Shown one piece after another: positions 7,225 to 17,619 of a DNA stretch of 64,000 bases. The stretch is taken from contig JAJRTR010000204.1 of NCBI GenBank assembly GCA_024278215.1, forward strand, positions 1 to 64,000, read 5' to 3'. The position numbers and the translations under genes were made by a program. The stretch comes from a bacterium (GTDB lineage Bacteria > UBP15 > UBA6099 > JAJRTR01). How positions within the stretch are numbered: the stretch's first letter is position 1; each line of letters opens with the position of its first letter. A model generated the notes under the pieces. It had not been told where the DNA came from. It saw only the letters and a list, made by a program, of their open reading frames with translations, and searched no databases.

Positions 7225-9531
7225 TTAACCGTTTCGAGTGCGCAGGAGCCGTGCGACCGGTCCGAGAAAGGCGGCGAACACTGTCAGACAGGCCGGCAAC
7301 AGCAGTCTGAATGAACCGGCCACGCCGAGCAGCGGGAAAAGGATCGTACCCATAAGCAACGCTCCCGTACAGGCCCCGAACAAATCTGCGGCGTACAGGA
7401 AACCCGCCGCGCCGCTTTCCGTCATTCCTTTCCGCACGTTCCACAACGATACGGCACACGGATAAATAAATCCTGGTGCCGCACCCCCCGCAAAGATGAG
7501 AAATGTGATCGCGGCGGCATCGAATATCGTCGATCCGCTGCTCAGGTATGTATATGCGTAACCTGCGGCGGCGACCACCGCCAGGCCACAGGCCGCCGCG
7601 GGCAGGCTCCATGCCGCGCCGACACCGCGCCCCCGCGCGACACGCGCCCCGGCCGCCCCGCCGACCGCCGCGCCGCCCAGAAATGCCGCCGTCAGCAGTC
7701 CCAGGTATTGATATACAATTCCGAAAACCGTCTGGAAGTGAAAAATCAGCACAAGTTCCACAAGTATTCCCGTGAAGCCGACAATGAAGACTCCGCCGGA
7801 CATCGCGACATGGCTTCCGGGTCCGCCGGAAAAACCAGCCGCGAAAAGAATGGCGGCGGCAAGCAGGAAGTAAATCGTGATGTTTCCCGTTACAATACGC
7901 CTCGCCGAGCCGATAATCCTGTATGCCGGAGACCTGAAATATGTGGAAGTAAAAACGGAATGCAGAAAAACACTAACAGGCCGTTTGTCGGAATCCGGCC
8001 GCACATCGTCCCGGCTTGTAAGCCATTGGAAAGCGGCCCCCATTTTATCGTCCGTCATTGAATATTCCATTATGTCGTCGCTGAACTGCGACAGCGCGAA
8101 CCCGATCCGGCCGGCGTCGAAATAATACGCCGCCGAATCCGCGCTGAAATGTGCGGACTTTATTCCTCTGGCATTGAAACGCGCGGCGGCCTTTTCCGCG
8201 GAGATTTCGAGTTGTCTTCCGGGCGACCACAGAAGGAATGTCTTCGGCCCCGGAATGAGCAGTGGCATGGCGGCATCGAGTTGTTTGTATGTCGCGATTA
8301 TGCTCCCGAGCAGCGCGACTTCGGCGCTCCCCATATAGTTTTCAGTAAAGGGTACACTGGTTGCGGCGAGCCCCGATTCCGACAACCTGGCGCGCAGCAG
8401 CGAGAGGAACTCGACTGTAAAATAACGGTTTTGCTGAAGAGTGCGCGGCGCATCGGCTTCAATGATTATTACATCATATTTACGATCCGTTTTCGCCAGG
8501 AAGCGACGCGGGTCCCGCACGATTATGTCGACGCGCGGGTCGTCGTAAATCCACTTCAGATTATCGGGACACAGCCGCCTTCTCACAGCCTGCATCCGTG
8601 GATCGAGTTCCACCACGTCGATTTTTTCGATGCCGTGCTTGAGCGCTTCGCTGACGGTTGTCGCGCTTGCGCCGATTGTCATTACCCGGCGCGGGGCGGG
8701 ATGCGCCAGCAGGGGTATATGCGCGGAATACTCACCGAATACACTGTCTGGCACAGCGCCCGTGAATTGGCCGTTCGAGAAGATGCTGTACTGCTCGTCA
8801 TCTTTCAGCACTGTTATGTTGCCGTAGCCGGATTCCATGCTGAATTCGATGTTCCTGCCCCAGGCCGTTTCACGCGTGTGTTTTTCGACCCGGGCTATCC
8901 AGAACGGCGAAGAAATAAGCAGTACGGCAGCTACCGCGAGAACAACATTCCGGGTCGCGCCGCTTAAATTGAATGTTCCGGCGATAATGACGGCGAGTCC
9001 CGCAAGTGCGGCACACGAGGTCGGCGACAGCAGTTGCACGAGCAACAGGCTGAAAGTGACGCCCCCGACGACAGAGCCTGCCGTGTCGAGAGAATAAACG
9101 ATGCCCGCGCCGCCCCGCCCGCCTTCATCTTCGGCAGACCTGCATAAAACGGAGAATAGAATGCCTGTGAATACACTCACCGGCCCGAGCGCGATAAGCG
9201 CGGCGAGCAGCGTCGTTCCTACCGGTATCATTTCACCCTGGTGAAAACCCAGAAGCTGCCCCTGGCAACGCGCCCAGAAAATGGAAAAAGGTATCAGGAG
9301 CCCATACACGATAAGGAGCCACGCGATCGCAGAGGGCGGGGGTTTGAAAAACTTCACCGCAAGCCCCCCGGCCGTGCTCCCGACACCCACCCACAGCAGC
9401 CACGCGAAAAACACCAGCGCTATCGACAGTTCGTCGCCGCTGCTCGCGACCATCAACTCGCGAGCGAGCAACAACTGCGCTACCATCGCCCCCGCTCCGA
9501 CTGTAGCTATGGTCAGTGCTCGTTTATTCAA
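7225..9531 (-). CDS. Fused membrane/spermidine synthase-like protein
   Basis: Transmembrane blocks flank a soluble domain with AHIPLLAHPAPRRV, VVELDP and YDVIIIE; also YAADLFGA motif. Confidence 0.85.
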   Translation of the reverse strand: MNKRALTIATVGAGAMVAQLLLARELMVASSGDELSIALVFFAWLLWVGVGSTAGGLAVKFFKPPPSAIAWLLIVYGLLIPFSIFWARCQGQLLGFHQGEMIPVGTTLLAALIALGPVSVFTGILFSVLCRSAEDEGGRGGAGIVYSLDTAGSVVGGVTFSLLLVQLLSPTSCAALAGLAVIIAGTFNLSGATRNVVLAVAAVLLISSPFWIARVEKHTRETAWGRNIEFSMESGYGNITVLKDDEQYSIFSNGQFTGAVPDSVFGEYSAHIPLLAHPAPRRVMTIGASATTVSEALKHGIEKIDVVELDPRMQAVRRRLCPDNLKWIYDDPRVDIIVRDPRRFLAKTDRKYDVIIIEADAPRTLQQNRYFTVEFLSLLRARLSESGLAATSVPFTENYMGSAEVALLGSIIATYKQLDAAMPLLIPGPKTFLLWSPGRQLEISAEKAAARFNARGIKSAHFSADSAAYYFDAGRIGFALSQFSDDIMEYSMTDDKMGAAFQWLTSRDDVRPDSDKRPVSVFLHSVFTSTYFRSPAYRIIGSARRIVTGNITIYFLLAAAILFAAGFSGGPGSHVAMSGGVFIVGFTGILVELVLIFHFQTVFGIVYQYLGLLTAAFLGGAAVGGAAGARVARGRGVGAAWSLPAAACGLAVVAAAGYAYTYLSSGSTIFDAAAITFLIFAGGAAPGFIYPCAVSLWNVRKGMTESGAAGFLYAADLFGACTGALLMGTILFPLLGVAGSFRLLLPACLTVFAAFLGPVARLLRTRNG

Positions 9532-9576
9532 TGTGCAATCGGCTCAACTATCTTCGATTTGAAATATTGCTCCGCC

Positions 9577-10731
9577 TCAATCGGACAGCCAGTCGGGCAT
9601 CTCCAGCGGGAAAAGTATCCGCACATGTGTCAGGTCCTTGAGCGCGTCGTCTTTCCTGCCGACAAGACCCGGCATCGGTTGCCAGTCTCCACCATTCAAC
9701 CTGACATCGACGATGAACATATCCAGCAACTGTTCGGTCGTCTTTCCGCTCACCGATTGCTTGTAGTAGACCGGCCTTAGGAAATAGCGGAACAGCGGCG
9801 CTACGCCTTCGGTCGACGGATCGGTCACCGACGGCGGCCCGACAACCATCCACTGTGTCAGCAGTCTTGCATAGATCATTTCCGGGCTCATGCCGTGGTT
9901 GTCGGGTAGTATCTGGAATCCGCCGATACTGCCCACCGGCGATGTCGAGATGCAGATCACGCCCGTATGGTTCGCCCTGATGCGGCCGACGCCCGTGTAG
10001 AGCGATCCGCCGAAGCGGCCCGTGCCGAAAATGGGTTTTAAAACCTGCCCTATGATTTTGCTGTCACCGTCGGGATACGTTACTGTAATGAAGCCGCCGA
10101 ACCTGTTTTCGAATACTATTTCCGCCGGATAGCGCACAGGCCGCTCGACAACTATTGTCAGCCTGTCGCCGTTTTCCGGGTAGTACATCTCCGGCAGCGG
10201 TTTCGGCGCGCCGCCGTCCCTCTCGAGCAGTACCCGGTTGCCGACGAACGGGCTTTCCGCGCCGCCGAAAAATCGCTCGCCCGCAGGGATGTCGGTTATC
10301 ATCGACGCGCTTTTGGCATAATAAGAATGGTAGTTCTCCGGTTGCTCCATGAAGTCGGCGGGCAATATACTGAGCATCACACCGCGGTCCGCGTTCTGTC
10401 GCACTTTGATATGCACCGCGTTCACCGCCGTCGCGGCAACACGCCCGCGCGGCGCCCAGCCGCTCGCCGTATATCCTTTCTTATTAAGCAGCACGATGGG
10501 AACCTGCACCCTGCCGTATTCCGTCCAGTTTTCACCGCTGTCGCGGCTGATCCCGATCTCTCCATCGAAAGTGTTTTCGAATCGAATACGGAAAAGCTCC
10601 TCGAGCGCCGGATCGTTTTCACCGGCGACAACTTCCGTCGGACCGCGCTGGTCCTCGATCACGCCGCGCGCAGTCTGCGCCGCCGCGCACATCAACAATA
10701 CACACATCAAACCCGGTAAAAATATTTTCAT
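9577..10731 (-). CDS. Exported conserved hypothetical protein with an internal duplication
   Basis: Signal peptide; repeated FEN.F.G.I...G....G.V..P module. Confidence 0.75.
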   Translation of the reverse strand: MKIFLPGLMCVLLMCAAAQTARGVIEDQRGPTEVVAGENDPALEELFRIRFENTFDGEIGISRDSGENWTEYGRVQVPIVLLNKKGYTASGWAPRGRVAATAVNAVHIKVRQNADRGVMLSILPADFMEQPENYHSYYAKSASMITDIPAGERFFGGAESPFVGNRVLLERDGGAPKPLPEMYYPENGDRLTIVVERPVRYPAEIVFENRFGGFITVTYPDGDSKIIGQVLKPIFGTGRFGGSLYTGVGRIRANHTGVICISTSPVGSIGGFQILPDNHGMSPEMIYARLLTQWMVVGPPSVTDPSTEGVAPLFRYFLRPVYYKQSVSGKTTEQLLDMFIVDVRLNGGDWQPMPGLVGRKDDALKDLTHVRILFPLEMPDWLSD

Positions 10732-11225
10732 TACCTTATTGCTCCCAGTTCGATTATTTCCGCTTTCCTTTTTTCCATGTCAACAATGCCGACTGTGCAT
10801 TTCCCTGTCAGGTATCCGCAGCACTCGCCGGGGTTTATCACGATAGGTTTGCCCTCACGCGCGACGACATCGTGCGTGTGACCGAAAGCCACGAGGTCCA
10901 CCGGAAGCGCCGCCATCACATCGTCGGGCATCGGCTCGTGCAGCAAGGCGATCCTGTAACCGCCCACCTCGAAAAACGCGGGCGGTTTCAGCAGTTCGCC
11001 CACAGGCTCGAACATCTGTTTCAGGAAGAGCCACTCACCATCGTTGTTGCCGAAAACAGCCACGCACTTCTCGAAACAATCATCATTAAAGAGCGGCACG
11101 ACAAACGGAGATATGATATCACCGCAGTGCAGTATACATTTCACCGCGCGCCTCCTGAACACATCTACCGCCGCTTTCGTGCGGTCGAGGTTGTCGTGCG
11201 TGTCCGAAATCATTCCTATCAGCAT
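10731..11225 (-). CDS. YfcE/MJ0936-family metallophosphoesterase
   Basis: SDTHD, HCGD, GNND, FGHTH and NPG motifs. Confidence 0.92.
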   Translation of the reverse strand: MLIGMISDTHDNLDRTKAAVDVFRRRAVKCILHCGDIISPFVVPLFNDDCFEKCVAVFGNNDGEWLFLKQMFEPVGELLKPPAFFEVGGYRIALLHEPMPDDVMAALPVDLVAFGHTHDVVAREGKPIVINPGECCGYLTGKCTVGIVDMEKRKAEIIELGAIR

Positions 11226-11413
11226 GTTTGATCACCTTCCCGGCGGGACTGTCATTTCATGATACTCGAATTCTGTGCCGTATGGAACAAATCACCGCAA
11301 AATGTAGCCTGAAATCTTTAGAGCGTTTCAGCCGCGGCCATCCCTTTGAAACCCTGCATCGGTGTGTTATAATTCGGAATCGTTAGACCTCGACGATCTC
11401 GGAGAAAATAAAA

Positions 11414-12715
11414 ATGAATCTGGCAGTTATTGGAATAGGCTATGTAGGACTCGTCACAGGCGCAGTGTTCGCGGACCTGGGCAACATGGTGATCTGTGTC
11501 GACAACATGGAAGAAAAAGTCAGGATGCTCGAGAACCATGAGATGCCGTTCTATGAACCCGGCCTCGAGGAAATAGTGGCAATCAACCACGAGGACGGGC
11601 GGTTGTCTTTCTCGACCGATCTCGCAGATGCGGTCCGGCGCTCCGAGATAATCTTTATCGCCGTAGGCACTCCGCCCATGGACGACGGTCAGACAGACCT
11701 CTCCTATGTCGAAGCGGTGGCGGCGGAGATCGGGAGAAACATCAACGACTACAAAATAATCGTCAATAAGAGCACAGTGCCCGTCGGTACCGGCGAAATG
11801 GTCAAGGATATCATCAACCGATTCAAACCGTCGAACATAGATGTCGATGTCGTGTCCAACCCGGAGTTTCTTTCCGAGGGAACAGCCATATCCGATGCCA
11901 TGTCGCCCGACAGGATTGTAATCGGCGCGCCCAACAAGCGGGTGGCGATGAAACTGATCGAACTCTACTCGACGATGGAAAAACCGATGGTGATCACATC
12001 GGTGCGGAGCGCGGAAATGATCAAATATGCCAGCAACGCGTTTCTTGCGACAAAAATATCATTTATAAACTCCATCGCAAACCTGTGCGACAGGGTCGGC
12101 GCCGACATAGAAGAAGTCACCCGCGGCGTGGGACTCGACAGCAGAATAGGCAATAAGTTTCTGCGCGCCGGGATAGGATTCGGCGGCTCGTGTTTTCCCA
12201 AAGATACGGAATCTCTGCTATATGTGTCCAGGAAATACGGCGCGGAAATCGAGATTATCGACGCAAGCATCAGGGTGAACCGAAAACAGCCTGATATCCT
12301 TATGAAAAAAGCGGCAGACGCACTCGGCGGACTCGAGGGGAAAACCATCGGCGCACTGGGGCTCTCCTTCAAACCCGGAACGGATGATCTGAGAGAATCG
12401 AACGCTCTGGCGATAGTATCCGCATTGCTGACGGCGGGTGCCACGGTCAGGGTCTACGATCCGATGGCAATGGAAAAGTGTAAACCGATGTGTCCGGACG
12501 CAACATATTGCGAGGAACTCTACAAGGTGGCCGAAGGCGCGGACGCTGTGATGCTGCTTACGGAATGGAATAAGTTCAAACACCTGAACTTCAACAGGCT
12601 GCGGGAACTGATGAGTGGCGACATGTTTTTCGACGGTCGGAACATATACGACCCGCAGGTGGTCAGAAGAGCGGGCCTGAGATATTACGGCATCGGCAGG
12701 GGTGCGGACGGCTGA
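11414..12715 (+). CDS. ugd: UDP-glucose 6-dehydrogenase
   Basis: GIGYVGL, KSTVPVGT, SNPEFL, GFGGSCFPKD and FKPGTDDLRES motifs. Confidence 0.95.
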   Translation: MNLAVIGIGYVGLVTGAVFADLGNMVICVDNMEEKVRMLENHEMPFYEPGLEEIVAINHEDGRLSFSTDLADAVRRSEIIFIAVGTPPMDDGQTDLSYVEAVAAEIGRNINDYKIIVNKSTVPVGTGEMVKDIINRFKPSNIDVDVVSNPEFLSEGTAISDAMSPDRIVIGAPNKRVAMKLIELYSTMEKPMVITSVRSAEMIKYASNAFLATKISFINSIANLCDRVGADIEEVTRGVGLDSRIGNKFLRAGIGFGGSCFPKDTESLLYVSRKYGAEIEIIDASIRVNRKQPDILMKKAADALGGLEGKTIGALGLSFKPGTDDLRESNALAIVSALLTAGATVRVYDPMAMEKCKPMCPDATYCEELYKVAEGADAVMLLTEWNKFKHLNFNRLRELMSGDMFFDGRNIYDPQVVRRAGLRYYGIGRGADG

Positions 12716-12770
12716 TACAGTCGGTGAAGGTTTTGAGAACTACAAAAGAAAAAAGAACGAGGTGTCGGTT

Positions 12771-13787
12771 TTGACAGGAAACGCGGATTATTCAAGAGAG
12801 ATCACACTTGAGCTGGTAAGGGTGACGGAAGCTGCGGCGCTGAGAGCCAGCAGATGGATGGGAAAAGGCGACAAGATAGCGGCGGACCAGGCGGCGGTCG
12901 ACGCCATGAGGGGCATGCTGGACCTCGTCGACATCCGGGGCACAGTCGCAATAGGGGAAGGCGAGAAGGACCAGGCGCCCATGCTGTATATCGGCGAAAA
13001 AGTAGGCGGCGGCGGCGTGCACAGCCCGGAAGTCGATATCGCTGTCGATCCGCTCGACGGTACGAACCTGACCGCCAAAGGCCTCCCCAACGCTATTGCC
13101 GTCATGGCTGTCGGCGACGCCGGAACCCTCAAATCGTTCCCGGGTTTCTATGTCGACAAGATCGCTGTCGGGCCGCGCGCCCGGGGCTGCATCGACATCA
13201 ACGACACTGTTCGCGGCAACTTGAAACGTATCGCGAAAGCATACGACTGCCGGATGCCCGACCTGACGGTTATGCTGTTAGAAAGATCAAGACACGAAAA
13301 ATTAATAAACGATATTCGCAAGACCGGCGCACGTATAAGAATGATAACGGACGGCGACGTCGCGGGTGCCATCGCAACGGCTATCCCGAGTTCCGGCGTC
13401 AATGTGCTGATGGGCATCGGCGGCGCCCCGGAAGCCGTGCTGGCCGCCGCCGCGCTCAAGTGTCTGGGCGGCGAGATACAGGTGAAAGTGTGGCCGCGCG
13501 ACGACGACGAAAAAAACAAACTGATAGACCTCGGCTATAAAAAAGGCGATTTCGACGCGATATATACTACCGACGATCTCTGCCGCGGCGACAGCGTCAT
13601 GTTCTCCGCTACCGGTGTCACCGGCGGCGACTTCCTTCAGGGTGTCCTCTTCGAAGGCAACACCGCCACCACTCACACTGTTGTTATGAGGGCAAAAACC
13701 AAAACTGTGCGCTACATAAAAGCAGTGCATAACCTTTCGACGAAAACTGTGCCCTCACGCAGCGAAAGCAAGGAAGTCCAGATATAA
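12771..13787 (+). CDS. glpX: Class II fructose-1,6-bisphosphatase
   Basis: RVTEAAAL, IGEGEKDQAPMLYIGE, DPLDGT and DGDVAGAI motifs; TTG start after GAGG chosen. Confidence 0.95.
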   Translation: MTGNADYSREITLELVRVTEAAALRASRWMGKGDKIAADQAAVDAMRGMLDLVDIRGTVAIGEGEKDQAPMLYIGEKVGGGGVHSPEVDIAVDPLDGTNLTAKGLPNAIAVMAVGDAGTLKSFPGFYVDKIAVGPRARGCIDINDTVRGNLKRIAKAYDCRMPDLTVMLLERSRHEKLINDIRKTGARIRMITDGDVAGAIATAIPSSGVNVLMGIGGAPEAVLAAAALKCLGGEIQVKVWPRDDDEKNKLIDLGYKKGDFDAIYTTDDLCRGDSVMFSATGVTGGDFLQGVLFEGNTATTHTVVMRAKTKTVRYIKAVHNLSTKTVPSRSESKEVQI

Positions 13788-13839
13788 CCGCTGTCATTCC
13801 ACGGAGTGAAAACTCCGGCGCAGATGTCAACATAATAAT

Positions 13840-13878
13840 GAGCCGATTGCAGCAGAATCAGAATTCTGCAATCGGCTC
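13840..13878. mobile_element. MITE family 1, internally deleted 39-bp copy
   Basis: GAGCCGATTGCAG..CTGCAATCGGCTC with TAA flanks. Confidence 0.65.
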
Positions 13879-13926
13879 TAATAACGGATGCTTTCGACTT
13901 CATAAATAAAGGGATCGTATACTACT

Positions 13927-14195
13927 GAATGTCGTGTCAACTTTGTGTAGACGTATGATGTCAATGCAAAGTGTTATGGCTCCAATCTCTGAAAATATGC
14001 TCTGATAGTATCATGTCAACAAAGAAAAGACGTAAGAAGGGCAATCGTAAAAACGAGAAAAGAGACAAGGGCAGGTCACCGTACCCCGCCTCAACTTGTG
14101 CCTGTATAAACCGTTTTCGCGAGAAATATGATCAGGCGCGGGTCGGTGACCGCGCACTATACATCTTGCGCATTTACAAGTGTGACACGACACCA
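13927..14195 (+). mobile_element. MITE family 2 copy
   Basis: Ends TGTCGTGTCA / TGACACGACAC; the segment at about 14064-14195 is strongly similar to 29573-29709. Confidence 0.7.
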
Positions 14196-14373
14196 GTCGC
14201 TTTTTGCATTTCTGCCGTTATCCGCCCCCACAGATTCCACGAAGGAAACAATAACTTGATATTTCAGGATATTATTTTTTAATTGTAAACAGAACGATGG
14301 GAAAGCATGTTAGGGAACCTCTGATAGAGGGTATAAAGTAAGCAGGGCAATATGCTGGTGAGGGTTTTGTGCC

Positions 14374-15288
14374 ATGATGGAGACGCAACAGGACATACTG
14401 GATTTTATCGGAGACAGCTTTGCCGATTCAAAAACAAAGGTCTCGCTGATATTGAGCGGGGGAGCGGACCTTGCGGTTTTTTTCCAACTCGGCGCTATAA
14501 ACATCCTCCAGGATCACATGGGGATGAAACCCGAAGACCTGCACCTGATCGCGGGCGGGTCCGGCGGCGCAATATCCGGACTTCTGACAGCCGGCGGTGT
14601 GAATTCGGACAAAACCAGTCTTGTACCGTCTCTCGAGCAGGTGCTGCAGGAAGAAAAACGCGGCAAGAAACGCTTCGAGAAATTAGGTTTCTACTCACAG
14701 GACGGCGTAGTCAAACATATAGAAAACATGCTCGGAGACAGGTGCAGGCATTTCAAAGACCTGCCGGTCGACCTGCGCATCGCGTCCACCATGGTGTTCC
14801 CGCGTTTGAAGAAAGTTATTTTCAGCCGTGACCACTGCCACTATCACGGGCGGGAGATCACGACTTATGAAGCAATGAAATGTTCCATTACGGTTCCACT
14901 GCTTTATACGCCTGTCGAGATAGCTAACGGCAGGTTCCCGCGAAGCTACCACCTCGACGGCGAAATCTTCAAGCCCATCCCTATCGAGGAAGGCCGCGAC
15001 TCGGATGTCATGATCATCATTTCCGTGTATGGTCCGTACAGGGGGAGCATCCCCTTCAGCAAACTGCCCCAGTTGATAGAGAACAGGTTCAACCATTGGC
15101 GGCAACGTGAAATGGACGATCGAATGAAAAAAATCAGATCGTATAACCCCGATATAACCATTCTTAAGATCGAAAACGCCCCGGACGATTACGAAACTGC
15201 GACATTCGAGAAGTTCTCGATGAAAAATGTCGAAACCCTGAAAGCGGCCGGTCGCCGCGCCGCATGGAAAGTCAAACAGATAGCATAA
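14374..15288 (+). CDS. Patatin-like phospholipase family protein (divergent)
   Basis: LILSGGA, GGSGG nucleophile elbow, S.TVPLLYTP and LDGE motifs. Confidence 0.75.
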   Translation: MMETQQDILDFIGDSFADSKTKVSLILSGGADLAVFFQLGAINILQDHMGMKPEDLHLIAGGSGGAISGLLTAGGVNSDKTSLVPSLEQVLQEEKRGKKRFEKLGFYSQDGVVKHIENMLGDRCRHFKDLPVDLRIASTMVFPRLKKVIFSRDHCHYHGREITTYEAMKCSITVPLLYTPVEIANGRFPRSYHLDGEIFKPIPIEEGRDSDVMIIISVYGPYRGSIPFSKLPQLIENRFNHWRQREMDDRMKKIRSYNPDITILKIENAPDDYETATFEKFSMKNVETLKAAGRRAAWKVKQIA

Positions 15289-15526
15289 ACCGGTTCCGGC
15301 GCAAAATGTCCTGACCCGGATTGGTGAAATATGCGGGGTAAAGCTCGAAAAGCTGCCGCGTATACCAAGAAAACACGCACTGCCACTAACCGCTCTCCAC
15401 GAAAACATATTTTTATACGGTAAACCACCAGATGTTGCGTACACTATCGCAATAAGTTAACATTCCTGTACATAATATATTTGCTTTTTATTATGTGCCA
15501 TGCAGATGAAAGTCGAGTTGGGTGCA

Positions 15527-17542
15527 ATGAACATTTCCGAAGTAATAAATAATACGGTTGCCGCGTTAACCTTTCTCATGATCATAATTACGTCGGGTTG
15601 CGGCGGTGGTGCTGTCGGCCCCGTCGGAGGCACGGGAACCGGAGCCGGCGGACTCGCGCCTTCGACCGATACATATTCGCTTTCAAGATATTTCAACCTT
15701 GCCGATACTGCTGTATACGACTACGACGACGGTGCGAAAATAGTATTCGGACAGGGCCCGCTGAATCTTTACCCGTTTCTGGGCAACAGCTACGGCGACG
15801 TATTCCGGTTTCAATTCAAGGAAGACGACCCGGACGTTATCGACACTTCATTTTTTGCCTTCTCCAGCGACACCGCTCTTCTCTACTATGGCCGCTATGA
15901 AAAGACTTCGGGGATCGGAAAATGTGTTGTATTCAGTAAGCCGGTCGAGGTGGCGCCCGGCACAGTTACATCCGGCACGACATATACGGATCAGGCGGAT
16001 TTTGTTGTGTATAATCAATGCGGTCCGGACGGTGCCACACAGGATGTCACCGGTTCCATATCGTTTTCTTTCACTGTGGAAGGCGAGGAAACGATCGACA
16101 CGACTGTCGGCAGTTTCAGTGTCGTCAAGTTCTCCCTTGTTGAATCGTGGAGCGGGACAGACAGCAGTTCGCAGAGTGTGTCGGGCACGAGGACTGTCGC
16201 CTTCTGGATGGCGCTCGACACAGGCCCTGTAAGGTACGAGAACTCGGATACCGGACAGGCGTACCACTCCGTGAATACGGCGATTGCAGGCGACACGGTA
16301 TACACATCACTCGGCAGTGTTTGCGGAAACGGGACAAAGGAAATGGGAGAGGAATGTGACGACGGCAATACAACGTCAGGAGACGGATGCTCGTCTGTTT
16401 GCCTTGATGAAAACCTCTGGATCAAAACGTATGGCGGAACATACGACGACGGAGCGACGGCACTCGAACAGACTTCCGATGGCGGGTTCATTGCCGCGGG
16501 ATACTACATACCCGATGGTTCCGCCGCAACCGACCTGTGGCTGCTGAAACTCGATGAGGCAGGCGGGCAGGAGTGGTCGAAGACATTCGGCGGCGCGTCG
16601 GCGGACGACAGGGCGAATTCAGTACGCCAGACGACGGACGGCGGCTATATCGCGGCGGGCTGCACATCTTCGTCGGGTGCGGGCGGTGAAGATTTCTGGT
16701 TGCTGAAAGTCGACAGCGCCGGCGACCTGTCGTGGGCGCAGGCTTACGGCGGCTCGTCCGACGATTGCGCGCAGTCCGTGCGTCAGACGACGGACGGCGG
16801 CTATATCGCCGCCGGTTACACGTCTTCGTCGGGCGCGGGCAGCGGCGACGCATGGTTGCTGAAAGTCGACAGCGCGGGCGGCCTGTCATGGTCGCAGACT
16901 TACGGCGGTTCGTCCGCGGACTATGCCTATTCGGTGCGTCAGACGGCGGACGGCGGCTATGTCGTAGCGGGCAATACTTCTTCGTCGGGCGCGGGCGGCA
17001 GTGATGTGTGGGTGCTTAAACTCGATGCCTCAGGCAACGAGACATGGTCCAAAACCTACGGCGCTTCGGGCGATGACTACGCATACTCGATACAGGAAAT
17101 TACCGGCACCGGATATATTGTCGCAGGCTCGACCGAATCTTACGGCGCGGGCGGCAGCGATGTGTGGGTGCTTCTTCTCAATGAACTCGGCAACCAGGTA
17201 TGGACAGGCACATTCGGAGACACGGGAGACGAAGCAGGATATTCAATTATCGCTGAATCCGGCGGCAACTACATTGTGGCAGGCGAAAAGGAATCATCGA
17301 ACGATAATAATATATGGTTGCTGAGTATTACGGATGCCGGGGTCGACGCGTGGACGCAGACTTACGGTGGTTCTTACGACGATACGGGCCGGGCTGTCGT
17401 TCAGACAACAGATGGCGGATTCGCGGTGGTGGGAGAGACCAGGTCGACAATGGACGGCGGTTCGGACGCCTGGATAATGAGAACCGACTCCTCCGGCGAG
17501 TGCGCCGAACGCCTCGACTCTATGGTCCTGCTCAGGCAATGA
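15527..17542 (+). CDS. Lipoprotein with a Cys-rich (DUF4215-like) module and a beta-propeller repeat domain
   Basis: Lipobox ITSG-C; CGNG...EECDDGN...GDGCSSVC; about seven W.KTYGG..DD.A.S..QT.DGG repeats. Confidence 0.85.
   Translation: MNISEVINNTVAALTFLMIIITSGCGGGAVGPVGGTGTGAGGLAPSTDTYSLSRYFNLADTAVYDYDDGAKIVFGQGPLNLYPFLGNSYGDVFRFQFKEDDPDVIDTSFFAFSSDTALLYYGRYEKTSGIGKCVVFSKPVEVAPGTVTSGTTYTDQADFVVYNQCGPDGATQDVTGSISFSFTVEGEETIDTTVGSFSVVKFSLVESWSGTDSSSQSVSGTRTVAFWMALDTGPVRYENSDTGQAYHSVNTAIAGDTVYTSLGSVCGNGTKEMGEECDDGNTTSGDGCSSVCLDENLWIKTYGGTYDDGATALEQTSDGGFIAAGYYIPDGSAATDLWLLKLDEAGGQEWSKTFGGASADDRANSVRQTTDGGYIAAGCTSSSGAGGEDFWLLKVDSAGDLSWAQAYGGSSDDCAQSVRQTTDGGYIAAGYTSSSGAGSGDAWLLKVDSAGGLSWSQTYGGSSADYAYSVRQTADGGYVVAGNTSSSGAGGSDVWVLKLDASGNETWSKTYGASGDDYAYSIQEITGTGYIVAGSTESYGAGGSDVWVLLLNELGNQVWTGTFGDTGDEAGYSIIAESGGNYIVAGEKESSNDNNIWLLSITDAGVDAWTQTYGGSYDDTGRAVVQTTDGGFAVVGETRSTMDGGSDAWIMRTDSSGECAERLDSMVLLRQ
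16625..17050 (+). repeat. Intragenic 156-bp tandem repeats (52 aa)
   Basis: CGYCAGACG(A/G)CGGACGGCGGCTAT recurs at 16625, 16781 and 16937. Confidence 0.85.
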
Positions 17543-17619
17543 CTCTTCTCGTAGCTGACGATAGCTTTCCGCGCAACTTTCTTTATCTTCATAACTCCTG
17601 AGTCGCTTGTAAAAGTCTG

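Noticed and set aside
16400-17500. CRISPR array or diversity-generating retroelement repeats
   Set aside because: The repeats are in-frame 156-bp coding units with no unique spacers, no cas or reverse transcriptase genes, and no adenine-specific variation.
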